Assembly: GCA_963665115.1 (NCBI GenBank)
Contig: OY762007.1
Span: 3,424,001 to 3,488,000 of the forward strand
Direction: 5' to 3'
Source: an uncultured Rivularia sp.
GTDB lineage: Bacteria; Cyanobacteriota; Cyanobacteriia; Cyanobacteriales; Nostocaceae
DNA: 64,000 nucleotides
The position numbers and the translations under genes are program-made. The first letter of the stretch is position 1. The number at the start of each line of letters is the position of its first letter. Below the pieces are notes generated by a model, which saw nothing but the letters and a program-made list of their open reading frames with translations, did not search any database and was not told the origin of the DNA. Shown piece by piece: positions 1 to 9,654 of this stretch.

Positions 1-562
1 CGAATTTCCTGCTTTATTTACCGAAGCAGATTTGCAAATAATTCGTAAATCAATTTCGGCTACAATTTGTCTTCTTGACACTAATGATAATTCAATTTAT
101 CAACCAGATTTATACAACTCAGAACAAAAAATAACCTTACCAGCACGTATAATTGCACTAGCAGATATTGGTGGATTGGGGATAGATGGAATTCCAGCTT
201 ATTTTCAAGAAGGTAGTTTGATATTGTTGGAAGAAAATCTTGACATTGTACCTTTGGTTGAAGAATTTGTTGCTGATAAAGAAAATAAGAGTAATAACAA
301 AGAAGTATATGAAAACCTTAGACAGCGACTTTTAAAAAGGGCTAAATTTCAGATCAGCTTTGCCAAAGGGCGCTATGCCAGGTTAAATAAAGAACTTGAA
401 GGTTTGCCTATAGAAGTGGTTTCAGCATTAAAACAAAAAGTCTTTAAATACCTCAACGAGGAAACAATTCAAGAAATAGAAGCTTTAACACCAATCGCTG
501 CTAGTACAAGTCTGGAAAAATTGATTGAGTTTTTTGAGCTATACAAGTATATTCATAACTAG
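1..562 (+). CDS. Hypothetical protein, 5'-partial (possibly the C-terminal part of an HD-type phosphohydrolase)
   Basis: Frame is open from the window start (EFPALFTEADLQIIR...). The ALADIG motif resembles the distal HD-domain motif. Confidence 0.5.
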   Translation, partial: EFPALFTEADLQIIRKSISATICLLDTNDNSIYQPDLYNSEQKITLPARIIALADIGGLGIDGIPAYFQEGSLILLEENLDIVPLVEEFVADKENKSNNKEVYENLRQRLLKRAKFQISFAKGRYARLNKELEGLPIEVVSALKQKVFKYLNEETIQEIEALTPIAASTSLEKLIEFFELYKYIHN

Positions 563-595
563 CGTTCATTGGTCAAATATATTACCAGTTTGTAT

Positions 596-950
596 ATGAA
601 ATGGCTTCAGCAACTCGGACAAAATATTCTGGGATTTTTCCAGACTTTATATGAAACAAAACTTTTTGAGTTGGATGATGGTGAACCTTTTACTTTAGGT
701 TTATTCATCCAACTAATTTTTTATAGAAACGAGTCGAGGCTCGATTCAAGATTGATAGAGGTATAAAAGAAGCGATAAGCTGATGTGCAGCTAAATTGTA
801 TAAAACAAAATTTGGTAATTATTGTAGTGCGGGCATCTTGCCCGCTAGTACTATACAAATTAAGTGCGTAACAACTTATCCTCAGTAATTGCTTACTTAA
901 TTGCTGGAATTGGATTTGTAATTGTTCTTATAAGTGCTGGAATTTTTAAT
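596..950 (+). pseudogene. Degraded N-terminal fragment of an MscS-family mechanosensitive channel, interrupted by a MITE
   Basis: Reads MKWLQQLG...FTLGLFIQLIFY, then in another frame FKIDRGIKEAI|insertion|SSVIAYLIAGIGFVIVLISAGI, which resembles cyanobacterial MscS transmembrane segments. No continuation follows. Confidence 0.6.
778..876. mobile_element. 99-bp MITE flanked by TA, with imperfect 25-bp terminal inverted repeats
   Basis: TA|AGCTGATGTGCAGCTAAATTGTATA...TATACAAATTAAGTGCGTAACAACT|TA. Removing it and one TA restores EAI-SSV. A second copy lies at 24240-24337. Confidence 0.8.
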
Positions 951-1152
951 TTTTTGTCCTATCTAGCCCAACCTGCGATTTTTATTAAAATGTAATATCC
1001 CTTACAAATAGCACCACAAAAACAAAAAAATATTCTAAATTGTATTCCAGTATCATTTTGAGCTAGTTTTTTTTTGCTATAAATATATTCAATAACAAAT
1101 AGTCATACATTGATTAGACTTATTTCCTGTCAATTCATTGACTTCTCCTTAA

Positions 1153-1400
1153 CTTATTATCTCGATTGTGTCTGCTGGATTCCCAAGCCCCGCGCAAGAT
1201 TATTTAGATGGCAAACTTGATTTAAACACCTATTTGATCGAGCATCCAGCAGCATTTTTTTTATAAGGATGAGCAGAGATGCTATGGTTAATGCTGGTAT
1301 TTTTGATCGTGATTTATTAATTGTCGATCGCAGTATTGAACCTGAGAATAATTCTATTATTATCGCCGTATTGAGTATAGAGTTAAGGGTTGACTCCAGT
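1153..1400 (+). pseudogene. umuD: umuD remnant
   Basis: VSAGFPSPAQDYLDGKLDLNTYLIEHPAA, then a frameshift, then RMSRDAMVNAGIFDRDLLIVDRSIEPENNSIIIAVL. No intact start. Confidence 0.85.
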
Positions 1401-1458
1401 TAGTGAAAAACAATTGTCTTTGTTTTAAAAAAGCGAATCAGATAAAACGCTCCCAATA

Positions 1459-1599
1459 ACTGATGCAATTAAGAATAAAGACGGGCGCGAAACCATACAG
1501 TTTGCATCATCGGAAATACGTAAAAGATGGCAAATGAAAACCGATTATAAATCGCCGAAATATACTATTAATTAGGATGAATTACCTAAAGTAGGATAA
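1459..1599 (+). pseudogene. umuC: umuC C-terminal (DUF4113-type) remnant
   Basis: TDAIKNKDGRETIQFASSEIRKRWQMKTDYKSPKYTTN*DELPKVG matches the UmuC tail (WQMK..SP.YTT.W.ELP) with Trp replaced by TAG. Confidence 0.8.
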
Positions 1600-1755
1600 T
1601 TTTATTTTGGATTTAAGTCTATTATTGCAATATCGATATCGTAATACTTAGGGAGCAAGATACTCCCACTGCTTGTGATATTAAACAAATGTTAATTAGT
1701 ATTAGAAAAAACAACAATTCTGGTATAATTTTTCAAAATTTACATACACAGAAAA

Positions 1756-2523
1756 ATGCCACTAACTAAACGATGTTTGGCTGAGTTTATAGGTACTTTT
1801 TGGCTGGTATTCGGTGGATGCGGTAGTGCAGTTTTAGCTGCTGGATTCATCGCTGACGCTGCAAAAATTGGTGAAGCAGTTGCATTCCCACTCGGAATTG
1901 GATTGGTAGGGGTTTCATTGGCATTTGGTTTAACAGTAATGACAATGGCTTACGCTATTGGACATATCTCAGGATGTCATTTGAATCCAGCTGTATCTAT
2001 CGGTTTAGCAGTCGCAAAACGTTTTCCTTCAAAAGAATTGCCCATGTATATTGGCGCTCAAGTATTTGGTGCAGTAGCCGGTGCTGGAGTGTTAGTATTA
2101 ATAGCTACGGGTAATCCTGAATTTAATTTAGTTACTAGCGGTTTTGCAGCTAATGGTTTTGGCGAACATTCTCCAGGAAAATATACCTTATTATCTTGTT
2201 TTGTTGCTGAATTCGTTTGTACCTTCATGTTTTTGATGATTATTTTAGGTGCAACAGACAATCGCGCTCCAGCAGCTTTAGCACCAATGGCAATTGGTTT
2301 GGGGTTAACCTTAATTCACTTGATCAGCATTCCCGTTACTAATACATCTGTTAATCCCGCTCGCAGTTTAGCACCAGCTTTGTTCGTCGGTGATTGGGCT
2401 ATTGCTCAACTGTGGTTATTCTGGGTTGCGCCAATTTTAGGAGCAGTCGCGGCTGGATTTGTTTACTCAAATGTTTTTGATGTTCCGAAAGTTGAAATAG
2501 AGAGAGATTTCTCTGAAATTTGA
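1756..2523 (+). CDS. aqpZ: Aquaporin Z
   Basis: Two NPA motifs (HLNPAVS, SVNPARS) and [18 protein letters not shown]. Confidence 0.97.
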   Translation: MPLTKRCLAEFIGTFWLVFGGCGSAVLAAGFIADAAKIGEAVAFPLGIGLVGVSLAFGLTVMTMAYAIGHISGCHLNPAVSIGLAVAKRFPSKELPMYIGAQVFGAVAGAGVLVLIATGNPEFNLVTSGFAANGFGEHSPGKYTLLSCFVAEFVCTFMFLMIILGATDNRAPAALAPMAIGLGLTLIHLISIPVTNTSVNPARSLAPALFVGDWAIAQLWLFWVAPILGAVAAGFVYSNVFDVPKVEIERDFSEI

Positions 2524-2803
2524 GATTAATTATTGAAGTTTGATAATAAGTGTTCTTGAGTATTTCGGCTAGAGAATCAGTTTTTTTAATTACAATTTTT
2601 TTGTCGTGCGTTTGCGTAGCGTGTCCGTTAGTACAAGCATCTTGCGTGCTATTTTAATTTAATTACCTATTTAATTACCTATTTCATAACCGCAGAGAGC
2701 GCCGAGAGCGCGGAGGTAAGAAAGCTATAGAGAGATACAAATAAATAACACAGTACCAAAACTAACCGTTAGTATAAATAAAATCCTTTATATATCCCCT
2801 TTC

Positions 2804-5800
2804 ATGAAAATGCTTGATACTCTTATTGGTGCGATCGCCGACTTTGCCAAAGATGAATTAAAGCGCAATGAAAGGGTTATTAAACTACTCAAACAATTTA
2901 ATCTAGATCCAGATCATCCTCCGGCGGAGTTTTCTGGTGTTTATAATTATGCTTTGGTTGAGTATGGGGTGGGGAAATCACTGGCAATTTTACAATTTTT
3001 TCGAGAAGACGAAATCCAAAAGGCGTTTCGTAAGGCTTATGATGCTGATAATCCGAATATTGTTATAGAAGAAGTTGAAAAAATTCTCCAACCCGATGAA
3101 TGGAATATTTTAGAAGAAGGAATTCGGGAAGAACAAATTGATGTATTGCACGAATTAGCGGAATTTAGCGCCGTTTTTCTCAAAGTTGTAGAATTAAGCC
3201 GTACTCCTGCTGAAGTTCAGAGAGACAGAAATATTGCGAGTTTGCAACAGGAATTGTCAACAATTAAGCAGCACTTGCATCAACTAGGAACCCTCAAAGA
3301 AATTAGCACCGAATTAGCAAAATTAACTAAACGACATTTGGAGAAACCTCACCCCGCCTTCGGCACCCCTCTCCTTACTAAGGAGAGGGGAAGGGGTGAG
3401 GTTAAACAACCAAAATGCAAAGCCGAAAATCTAGCCACACAGTTACAAGGTTGGTTTAAAACCCTCGGTTATCAATTTGAAAAATATCGAGTTTGGAAAG
3501 CAGATTATTTTGAATTAATTATCAAAATCCAAGGTAGAAGACGCTTCGATCGGATTTTGGTAAGGGGAATTGATGGAGAAGCAGAAATTAGCGATTTGAT
3601 AGCTTTGCGTCAATCTGCGACATCTCAAAAAACCGATGAAGGCTGGTTAATAGCTGCACGTCGGGTTTCTCGTGCTGCAAGGGATGAGGTAAATAAAGAT
3701 GAAAATGAAAATTTATTTTGCTATACCCTTGACGAACTTATTGATGAAACTGCCGATTTTACTAACTATATCAACTGGTTAGAAGCCGAGGTAAAACAAC
3801 GTAAAATCGATGAAATGTACGTTCCCTTAGCTTGTACCAAAGAAGAATTTGACCCCATCACGAAACATAAAATGGGGATTAGTCGCTACGACGAACAAGA
3901 TGGATGGATAGATGGTTACGTCGATACGTGGATAGATGACCCTGCAAAGGAGCATCTTTCTATATTAGGGGAATTTGGTACGGGAAAAACATGGTTTGCT
4001 TTGAATTATGCTTGGAATGCACTTTTGAAGTATAAGGAAGCTAAACGAAAAGGTTTAACACGTCCACGTTTACCGTTGGTTATCTTGTTGCGAGATTACG
4101 CCAAAGCTTTGGATGTGGAAAACGTCATGGCTGGTTTTTTCTATTCCCAACACGAAATCAGCTTAAATAGTTCCGTCTTTGAACAACTCAACCGCATGGG
4201 GAAACTGTTATTAATCTTTGACGGTTTTGATGAGATGGCAGCCAAAGTTGATAAACAACAGATGGTAAACAACTTTTGGGAATTAGCCAAAGTAGTAGTT
4301 CCCGGAGCAAAAGTTATACTTACCTGTCGTACCGAACATTTTCCCGAAGCCAAGCAGGGACGCAGTTTATTAAACGCAGAGTTACGTGCATCAGTTGCTA
4401 ATTTAACCGCCGAATCTCCGCAATTTGAAGTATTGGAATTAGAGAAATTCAGCGACGCACAAATAAGACAGGTATTTTCTCATGTTGCCAATAGCGACAC
4501 CGTAGACAAGATAATGCACAATCCCCAACTTCTAGATTTAGCACGTCGTCCGGTGATGAGCGACTTAATTTTAGAAGCATTACCAGATATCGAAGCTGGG
4601 AAACCAGTGGATATGTCGCGGGTTTACTTGTATGCAGTGCGACGAAAAATGGAAAGGGATATCAAATCGGAAAGAACATTTACATCTTTGGCAGATAAAA
4701 TGTATTTCCTGTGTGAAATCGCTTGGGAAATGCTTTCAAATGACCAAATGAGTTTGAATTATCGGTTGTTTCCCGATAGGATTCGGCGGTTATTTGGTTC
4801 GGCAGTTGAGGAACAAAAAGATTTAGATCATTGGCATTATGACATGATGGGGCAAACCATGTTGGTGCGGAATGCCGACGGTGATTACACTCCAGCCCAT
4901 CGTTCGTTGTTAGAGTTTTTTGTAGCTTATAAGTTTGCTGGGGAGTTGGGGGTTTTGGCTGATGATTTTGTGGAAGTTGTCAGAAACAGAGTTGGTGAGA
5001 AGGAAAATACTATAGCATTAGAGTTTTCTTGGGGAGAGTATTTTCAAAGTTATAGAGCTGCTGCTCTAGATTATCGATTAAAAAACCGCAGAGACGCAGA
5101 GGAAGGAAGTATAGAGGAGTTAAAGTGTTTTAAATGTGAATCTTTGGAGAAATCAAGAGAGACAGTTGGGAAAGCACCTTTGACGAAAGCGGTTTTAGAT
5201 TTATTGGTGGGGATGGTTGATGAGGGAAGTGTTGGGGAGAAGTTGTTAGAAGTTATTGAAGAGACGAAGGGGAAGAGGGAAGCTGAGGTTGGTTATGTTG
5301 GGGGGAATGCTGCGACTTTGTTGGTGAAGGTGGATAAAACGGGTTTGGAAGAAAAGGATTTATCTGGTGCGGTGGTTAAAGGTGGGGATTTTGCAGATGC
5401 TAGTCTACGTTGTGTTAATTTTAGCCAGACAAAATTAATTGATTCTACTTTTATCAAACCTTTCAGCTTAGTTTTATCTCTAGTATTTAGCCCAGATGAT
5501 AAATTATTGGTGACTGGTGGTGCTGATGGAGAAATTCGTTTTTGGGAAGTAGATTCAGGTAAACAGATTTCTAGTTTTAGAGCGCATAATAGTTGGATTA
5601 GTTGGATTGCTTTTAGTCCTAATGGAAAAATAATTGCTAGTAGTAGCCGTTCCAATGTTATCAAACTATGGAATTTTAACACTGGAGAACGCTTAAGTAC
5701 TTTAAGAGGACATACTGACAAAGCACGGCAAATATCTTTTAATCACAATGGTACTATTCTTGCCAGTAGTAGCGATGACCAAACAATAAAACTTTGGGAT

Positions 5801-7324
5801 GTTATTACAGGGAAATCTATAAATACTTTGGAAGGACATACTAGTCCAATATGGAGAGTCAAAATTGCTCCTGACGATAAAATTTTAGTCAGCGGTAGTT
5901 CCGATTCTTCCTTAAAAATCTGGGATATTTCCACCGGAACTTGTCTAAAAACCTTAGAGGAGCATAAGGATAGTATTCTTTCCATTGCATTTAGCCATCA
6001 CAGCAAAAGCTTTGCAAGTGGAAGTAAAGATAAAACAATAAAACTCTGGAATCCAAATACAGGTAAATGTATCAAAAATTTAATCAGTCATACAGACACA
6101 ATACGTTCTTTAGCTTTTAGTCAAGATGATAAAACTATTTTTAGTGGCAGTACTGACAATACTATTAAAATTTGGTCTGTTGATGATGGGGAATGTTTAC
6201 AAACAATAAAAGGGCATAATTCCAGAGTTAGAAAAATTGCTCTCAATTCTCGGGATACAGTAATTGCTAGTTGCAGCGATGACCAAACAATCAAACTTTG
6301 GGATACCAATACTGGAGAATGCTTAAAAACTTTACAGGGATGCAGCCATTGGGTAGTATCTGTAACGGTTAGTCCCGATGGTAAAACTATTATCAGTGGT
6401 AATAATAATCAAACAATAAAATATTGGGATATCAATACCGGATATTGCTTCAAAACTTTAAAAGGACATGATAGATGGGTTACTGAAGTAACTATGAGTC
6501 CTAACGGTAAAATGGTAGCTAGTAGTAGTGGCGATCGCACTATAAAAATTTGGGATTTTCATACCGGAAATCATCTGAAAACTTTAGAGGGACATCATAG
6601 TCCAGTATCAGATGTAGTTTTTAGTCCTGATGGTTTAACTCTTGCTAGTACCAGTCACGATAAAACTGTCAAATTATGGGAACTTAAAACGGGGAAGTGT
6701 TTGCAAACTTTTCAAGTACACACTTATTGGGTAAACTCAGTTGTATTTAGTTCTGAAAACAGAATTATAGTTAGTGGAAGTAGCGACTGGACTATAAAAT
6801 TCTGGGATATCAATTCTGGAAAATGCATCAGGACTTTAACAGAACATAATGCTGCCATATTCTCATTAGTGATGTCTCCCGACGGAATAACCCTAGCAAG
6901 TGGTAGTCAAGACGGAACAATCAAATTATGGAATATTCATACTGGTCAATGTTTAAAAACTTTGCAGGTAAAAGATACTCATTGTGGAATAAAATCAGTC
7001 AAATTTAGTCACGACGGTTCCTTAATTGCAGCTGGAAATCTCGAACAAAAAATCAAAATATGGGATTTTCACACAGGTGAATGCATCAAAACTTTAAAAG
7101 GTCATACAAATAGAGTTGTATCAGTTGCTTTTACCCCAGATGATAAATTATTAGTTAGTGGTAGCTACGACGAAACCATAAAAATCTGGAACATCGAAAC
7201 GGGTGAATGCATAAAAACCCTTAGCAACAAACCCTACGCAAACATGAACATCACCAACGCTACAGGATTAACCCCAGAACAAAAATCCTCACTCAAAGCA
7301 TTAGGAGCGGTAGAAGAATTATAA
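2804..7324 (+). CDS. NLR-like STAND protein: N-terminal helical region, restriction-endonuclease (Mrr-like) fold, NACHT NTPase, short pentapeptide stretch, about 14 WD40 repeats
   Basis: Walker A GEFGTGKT, Walker B LLIFDGFDEM, VILTCR, repeated GH...S.S.D.TIKLW units. The WFKTLGYQFE...EGWLIAARRVSRAARDE segment resembles Mrr-type REase domains. Confidence 0.88.
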   Translation: MKMLDTLIGAIADFAKDELKRNERVIKLLKQFNLDPDHPPAEFSGVYNYALVEYGVGKSLAILQFFREDEIQKAFRKAYDADNPNIVIEEVEKILQPDEWNILEEGIREEQIDVLHELAEFSAVFLKVVELSRTPAEVQRDRNIASLQQELSTIKQHLHQLGTLKEISTELAKLTKRHLEKPHPAFGTPLLTKERGRGEVKQPKCKAENLATQLQGWFKTLGYQFEKYRVWKADYFELIIKIQGRRRFDRILVRGIDGEAEISDLIALRQSATSQKTDEGWLIAARRVSRAARDEVNKDENENLFCYTLDELIDETADFTNYINWLEAEVKQRKIDEMYVPLACTKEEFDPITKHKMGISRYDEQDGWIDGYVDTWIDDPAKEHLSILGEFGTGKTWFALNYAWNALLKYKEAKRKGLTRPRLPLVILLRDYAKALDVENVMAGFFYSQHEISLNSSVFEQLNRMGKLLLIFDGFDEMAAKVDKQQMVNNFWELAKVVVPGAKVILTCRTEHFPEAKQGRSLLNAELRASVANLTAESPQFEVLELEKFSDAQIRQVFSHVANSDTVDKIMHNPQLLDLARRPVMSDLILEALPDIEAGKPVDMSRVYLYAVRRKMERDIKSERTFTSLADKMYFLCEIAWEMLSNDQMSLNYRLFPDRIRRLFGSAVEEQKDLDHWHYDMMGQTMLVRNADGDYTPAHRSLLEFFVAYKFAGELGVLADDFVEVVRNRVGEKENTIALEFSWGEYFQSYRAAALDYRLKNRRDAEEGSIEELKCFKCESLEKSRETVGKAPLTKAVLDLLVGMVDEGSVGEKLLEVIEETKGKREAEVGYVGGNAATLLVKVDKTGLEEKDLSGAVVKGGDFADASLRCVNFSQTKLIDSTFIKPFSLVLSLVFSPDDKLLVTGGADGEIRFWEVDSGKQISSFRAHNSWISWIAFSPNGKIIASSSRSNVIKLWNFNTGERLSTLRGHTDKARQISFNHNGTILASSSDDQTIKLWDVITGKSINTLEGHTSPIWRVKIAPDDKILVSGSSDSSLKIWDISTGTCLKTLEEHKDSILSIAFSHHSKSFASGSKDKTIKLWNPNTGKCIKNLISHTDTIRSLAFSQDDKTIFSGSTDNTIKIWSVDDGECLQTIKGHNSRVRKIALNSRDTVIASCSDDQTIKLWDTNTGECLKTLQGCSHWVVSVTVSPDGKTIISGNNNQTIKYWDINTGYCFKTLKGHDRWVTEVTMSPNGKMVASSSGDRTIKIWDFHTGNHLKTLEGHHSPVSDVVFSPDGLTLASTSHDKTVKLWELKTGKCLQTFQVHTYWVNSVVFSSENRIIVSGSSDWTIKFWDINSGKCIRTLTEHNAAIFSLVMSPDGITLASGSQDGTIKLWNIHTGQCLKTLQVKDTHCGIKSVKFSHDGSLIAAGNLEQKIKIWDFHTGECIKTLKGHTNRVVSVAFTPDDKLLVSGSYDETIKIWNIETGECIKTLSNKPYANMNITNATGLTPEQKSSLKALGAVEEL
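3344..3403. repeat. 60-bp palindromic dispersed repeat inserted in frame in the NACHT gene
   Basis: AACCTCACCCC...CCCCTCTCCTT ACT AAGGAGAGGGG...GGGGTGAGGTT, encoding KPHPAFGTPLLTKERGRGEV. Same family as 38147-38453. Confidence 0.8.
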
Positions 7325-7384
7325 GTGAGGAGTTAGGAGTTATGAGTTAAAAACCTTTGACCTTTGACCTTTAACCTTATTATC

Positions 7385-7618
7385 ATGAACAACTTAAACA
7401 TAAATGAACCAATTAATACCCAATTAGTAGAATCTTTAATACAACTTATTCACTCACTTTCTCCAGCAGAACAAGCTTTACTACAAACAAAATTACTTAG
7501 CGATATTCCGTATCCTTCAAATAATGAACTCACACATCTTATCGAAAGTGGTGGTGCATTAGATTTTCTTAACGATGAACCAGATATCTACACAAATGCA
7601 GATGGAGAAGCAGTTTAA
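7385..7618 (+). CDS. Putative antitoxin
   Basis: Small acidic ORF whose stop overlaps the toxin start (TAATG); C-terminal DFLNDEPDIY. Confidence 0.7.
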   Translation: MNNLNINEPINTQLVESLIQLIHSLSPAEQALLQTKLLSDIPYPSNNELTHLIESGGALDFLNDEPDIYTNADGEAV

Positions 7619-7965
7619 TGACTTTAAGCAAAGGTGATATTGTTCTGGTTCAATTTCCATTTACTGATTTGAGTCAAACTAAATTACGTCCTGCTTTAAT
7701 TTTATACTCCAACTCTGCAACTAATGATATTACTCTATGCTTTATTTCATCTCAAAATGTTAATCATTTGACTTCAGAAGAGTTTGCAATTAAAGATTCA
7801 GATGCAGAATTTTCTGATACTAGTTTACGAGTTTCATCAAAAGTTAGAGTAACTCGAATCGCAACTCTGAATAAATCATTAATTGTTAGACGTTTAGGAA
7901 AATTAGGAACTCAGTATATAGAAATGTTGAATACAATTCTGAAACAAGTTTTTCAATTGCCTTGA
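7618..7965 (+). CDS. PemK/MazF-family toxin
   Basis: KGDIVLVQFPFTDLSQTKLRPALIL signature. Confidence 0.9.
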   Translation: MTLSKGDIVLVQFPFTDLSQTKLRPALILYSNSATNDITLCFISSQNVNHLTSEEFAIKDSDAEFSDTSLRVSSKVRVTRIATLNKSLIVRRLGKLGTQYIEMLNTILKQVFQLP

Positions 7966-8008
7966 AGCCAAATCGTTTAAAATGAAATTATCTCAACTAT
8001 TTGATATC

Positions 8009-8503
8009 TTAATAAGTTAATAGCCCACGCAGGTTGGCTTTGTTTCTGTAGCCCCACACATAAGAGTCTGAGGGCGATTGCTTCTCCACTTCCAACCCCT
8101 CATCCCTCCAACCAGACATATCACCTTCCAAGTGTAAAACTTCCGTAAAACCAGCTTTTTTCAAACTCTCTTCAGCAATATTTGCTCTTACTCCTCGTTC
8201 GCAATAAACAATTATTTTATCCTTTTTACCCAAATTACGAACTTCATCAATCCGGAATGGTAATTCTCGATATTCTATATTAATTGCTCCTGGAATATGA
8301 CCTTGTAAATATTCCTCAGAAGTACGCACATCTAAAATTACAGGTGCTTTCTCTGCTTGAATCAGTTCAATTAATTCGGTTGAACTAATTTGCGTATTTG
8401 CAGCAATTGTACTTTGACAAGCAGTAATATTTATACAAATAATAAGTACTATAAACAACAATACAAAACGTTTATAAATAGTTTGTAATAATTTCATTAT
8501 CAA
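8009..8503 (-). CDS. Rhodanese-like sulfurtransferase, probable lipoprotein
   Basis: ILDVRTSEEYLQGHIPGAINI, active loop CERGVR, lipobox-like ITAC. Confidence 0.9.
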   Translation of the reverse strand: MIMKLLQTIYKRFVLLFIVLIICINITACQSTIAANTQISSTELIELIQAEKAPVILDVRTSEEYLQGHIPGAINIEYRELPFRIDEVRNLGKKDKIIVYCERGVRANIAEESLKKAGFTEVLHLEGDMSGWRDEGLEVEKQSPSDSYVWGYRNKANLRGLLTY

Positions 8504-8656
8504 TTACCTAAAAAAATGAACCAAGCAAGAAAACTGTTTTAAACAAACATAGTTTTAATTACTGTGTTGTTGATAACTTCGCTTATCTGATGTTAAGTGC
8601 TATTGTTTTCAAAATTAATTTTAACTGCTAATTAGCATTGGGATATATATATAATT

Positions 8657-9340
8657 ATGTTATTTCGTCAACTTATTGACTCCGAATCAAGTACCTATAC
8701 TTATTTAATCGGCGATCGCCATACTAAACAAGCAGTAATTGTAGACTCGGTGTTAGAACAATTTGAACGAGATACAAATTTATTAAACGAATTTGGATTA
8801 AATCTACGTTATTGTTTGGATACTCACATTCATGCCGACCACATTACCGCTACGGGAAAACTCCGTCAAGCTACAGGTTGTCTGAGCATTTTACCGAAAA
8901 ATTCTAAGGTGAAATGCGCTGATAGTTTTATACAGCACGGACAAGTATTACAAATTGGTGCAGTCACCATTGAAGCAATTTCAACTCCCGGACATACTAA
9001 CAGCCATATGGCTTATCTGATCAACAATACTCACTTATTAACTGGGGACGCTTTATTTATTCGCGGTTGCGGAAGAACCGATTTTCAAGACGGGGATGCA
9101 GGAACTTTATACGACTGCATTACCAAAAGATTGTTTACCCTACCTGACGAAACCTTAGTTTATCCCGCTCACGATTACAAAGGATGCACTGTTTCCACAA
9201 TTGCGGAAGAAAAACAGTTTAATCCCCGATTCGCAGGAAAAACCCGCGATGATTTTATTAAATTCATGGAAAATCTCAATCTTCCCTTTCCCCAAAAAAT
9301 GAAACAAGTAGTACCAGCAAATCGGAATTGCGGAATGTAA
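8657..9340 (+). CDS. Persulfide dioxygenase (ETHE1/PDO-like MBL-fold protein)
   Basis: THIHADHIT, TPGHT, LLTGDALFIRGCGRTDFQ, YPAHDY. Confidence 0.9.
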   Translation: MLFRQLIDSESSTYTYLIGDRHTKQAVIVDSVLEQFERDTNLLNEFGLNLRYCLDTHIHADHITATGKLRQATGCLSILPKNSKVKCADSFIQHGQVLQIGAVTIEAISTPGHTNSHMAYLINNTHLLTGDALFIRGCGRTDFQDGDAGTLYDCITKRLFTLPDETLVYPAHDYKGCTVSTIAEEKQFNPRFAGKTRDDFIKFMENLNLPFPQKMKQVVPANRNCGM

Positions 9341-9654
9341 TTACAGTGAACAGTTATCAGTTAGCACTTAAGGGACTTCCAAATAAAAAAATATTTAATT
9401 TAGTAGTGCGTTAGATAAATTAAATTATTTTTTAAAATTCTTAATTCCCCCTCTCCTCCTCTTCCCCCTCTCCCCCTCTTCCCCCTCTCCCCCTCTCTCC
9501 TTGTCTCCCCCTCTCCCCCATCCCCCGACACATTGTCATACATTAAGAAATATAAAAATACTGTCACGCTTACGGGGATTTACTGCTTACCTAGTGGGTG
9601 GCAAAGCTGACACGTCAAAAGTGAAAGCAGGCAAGAAGGGCTATTTTTATATTT

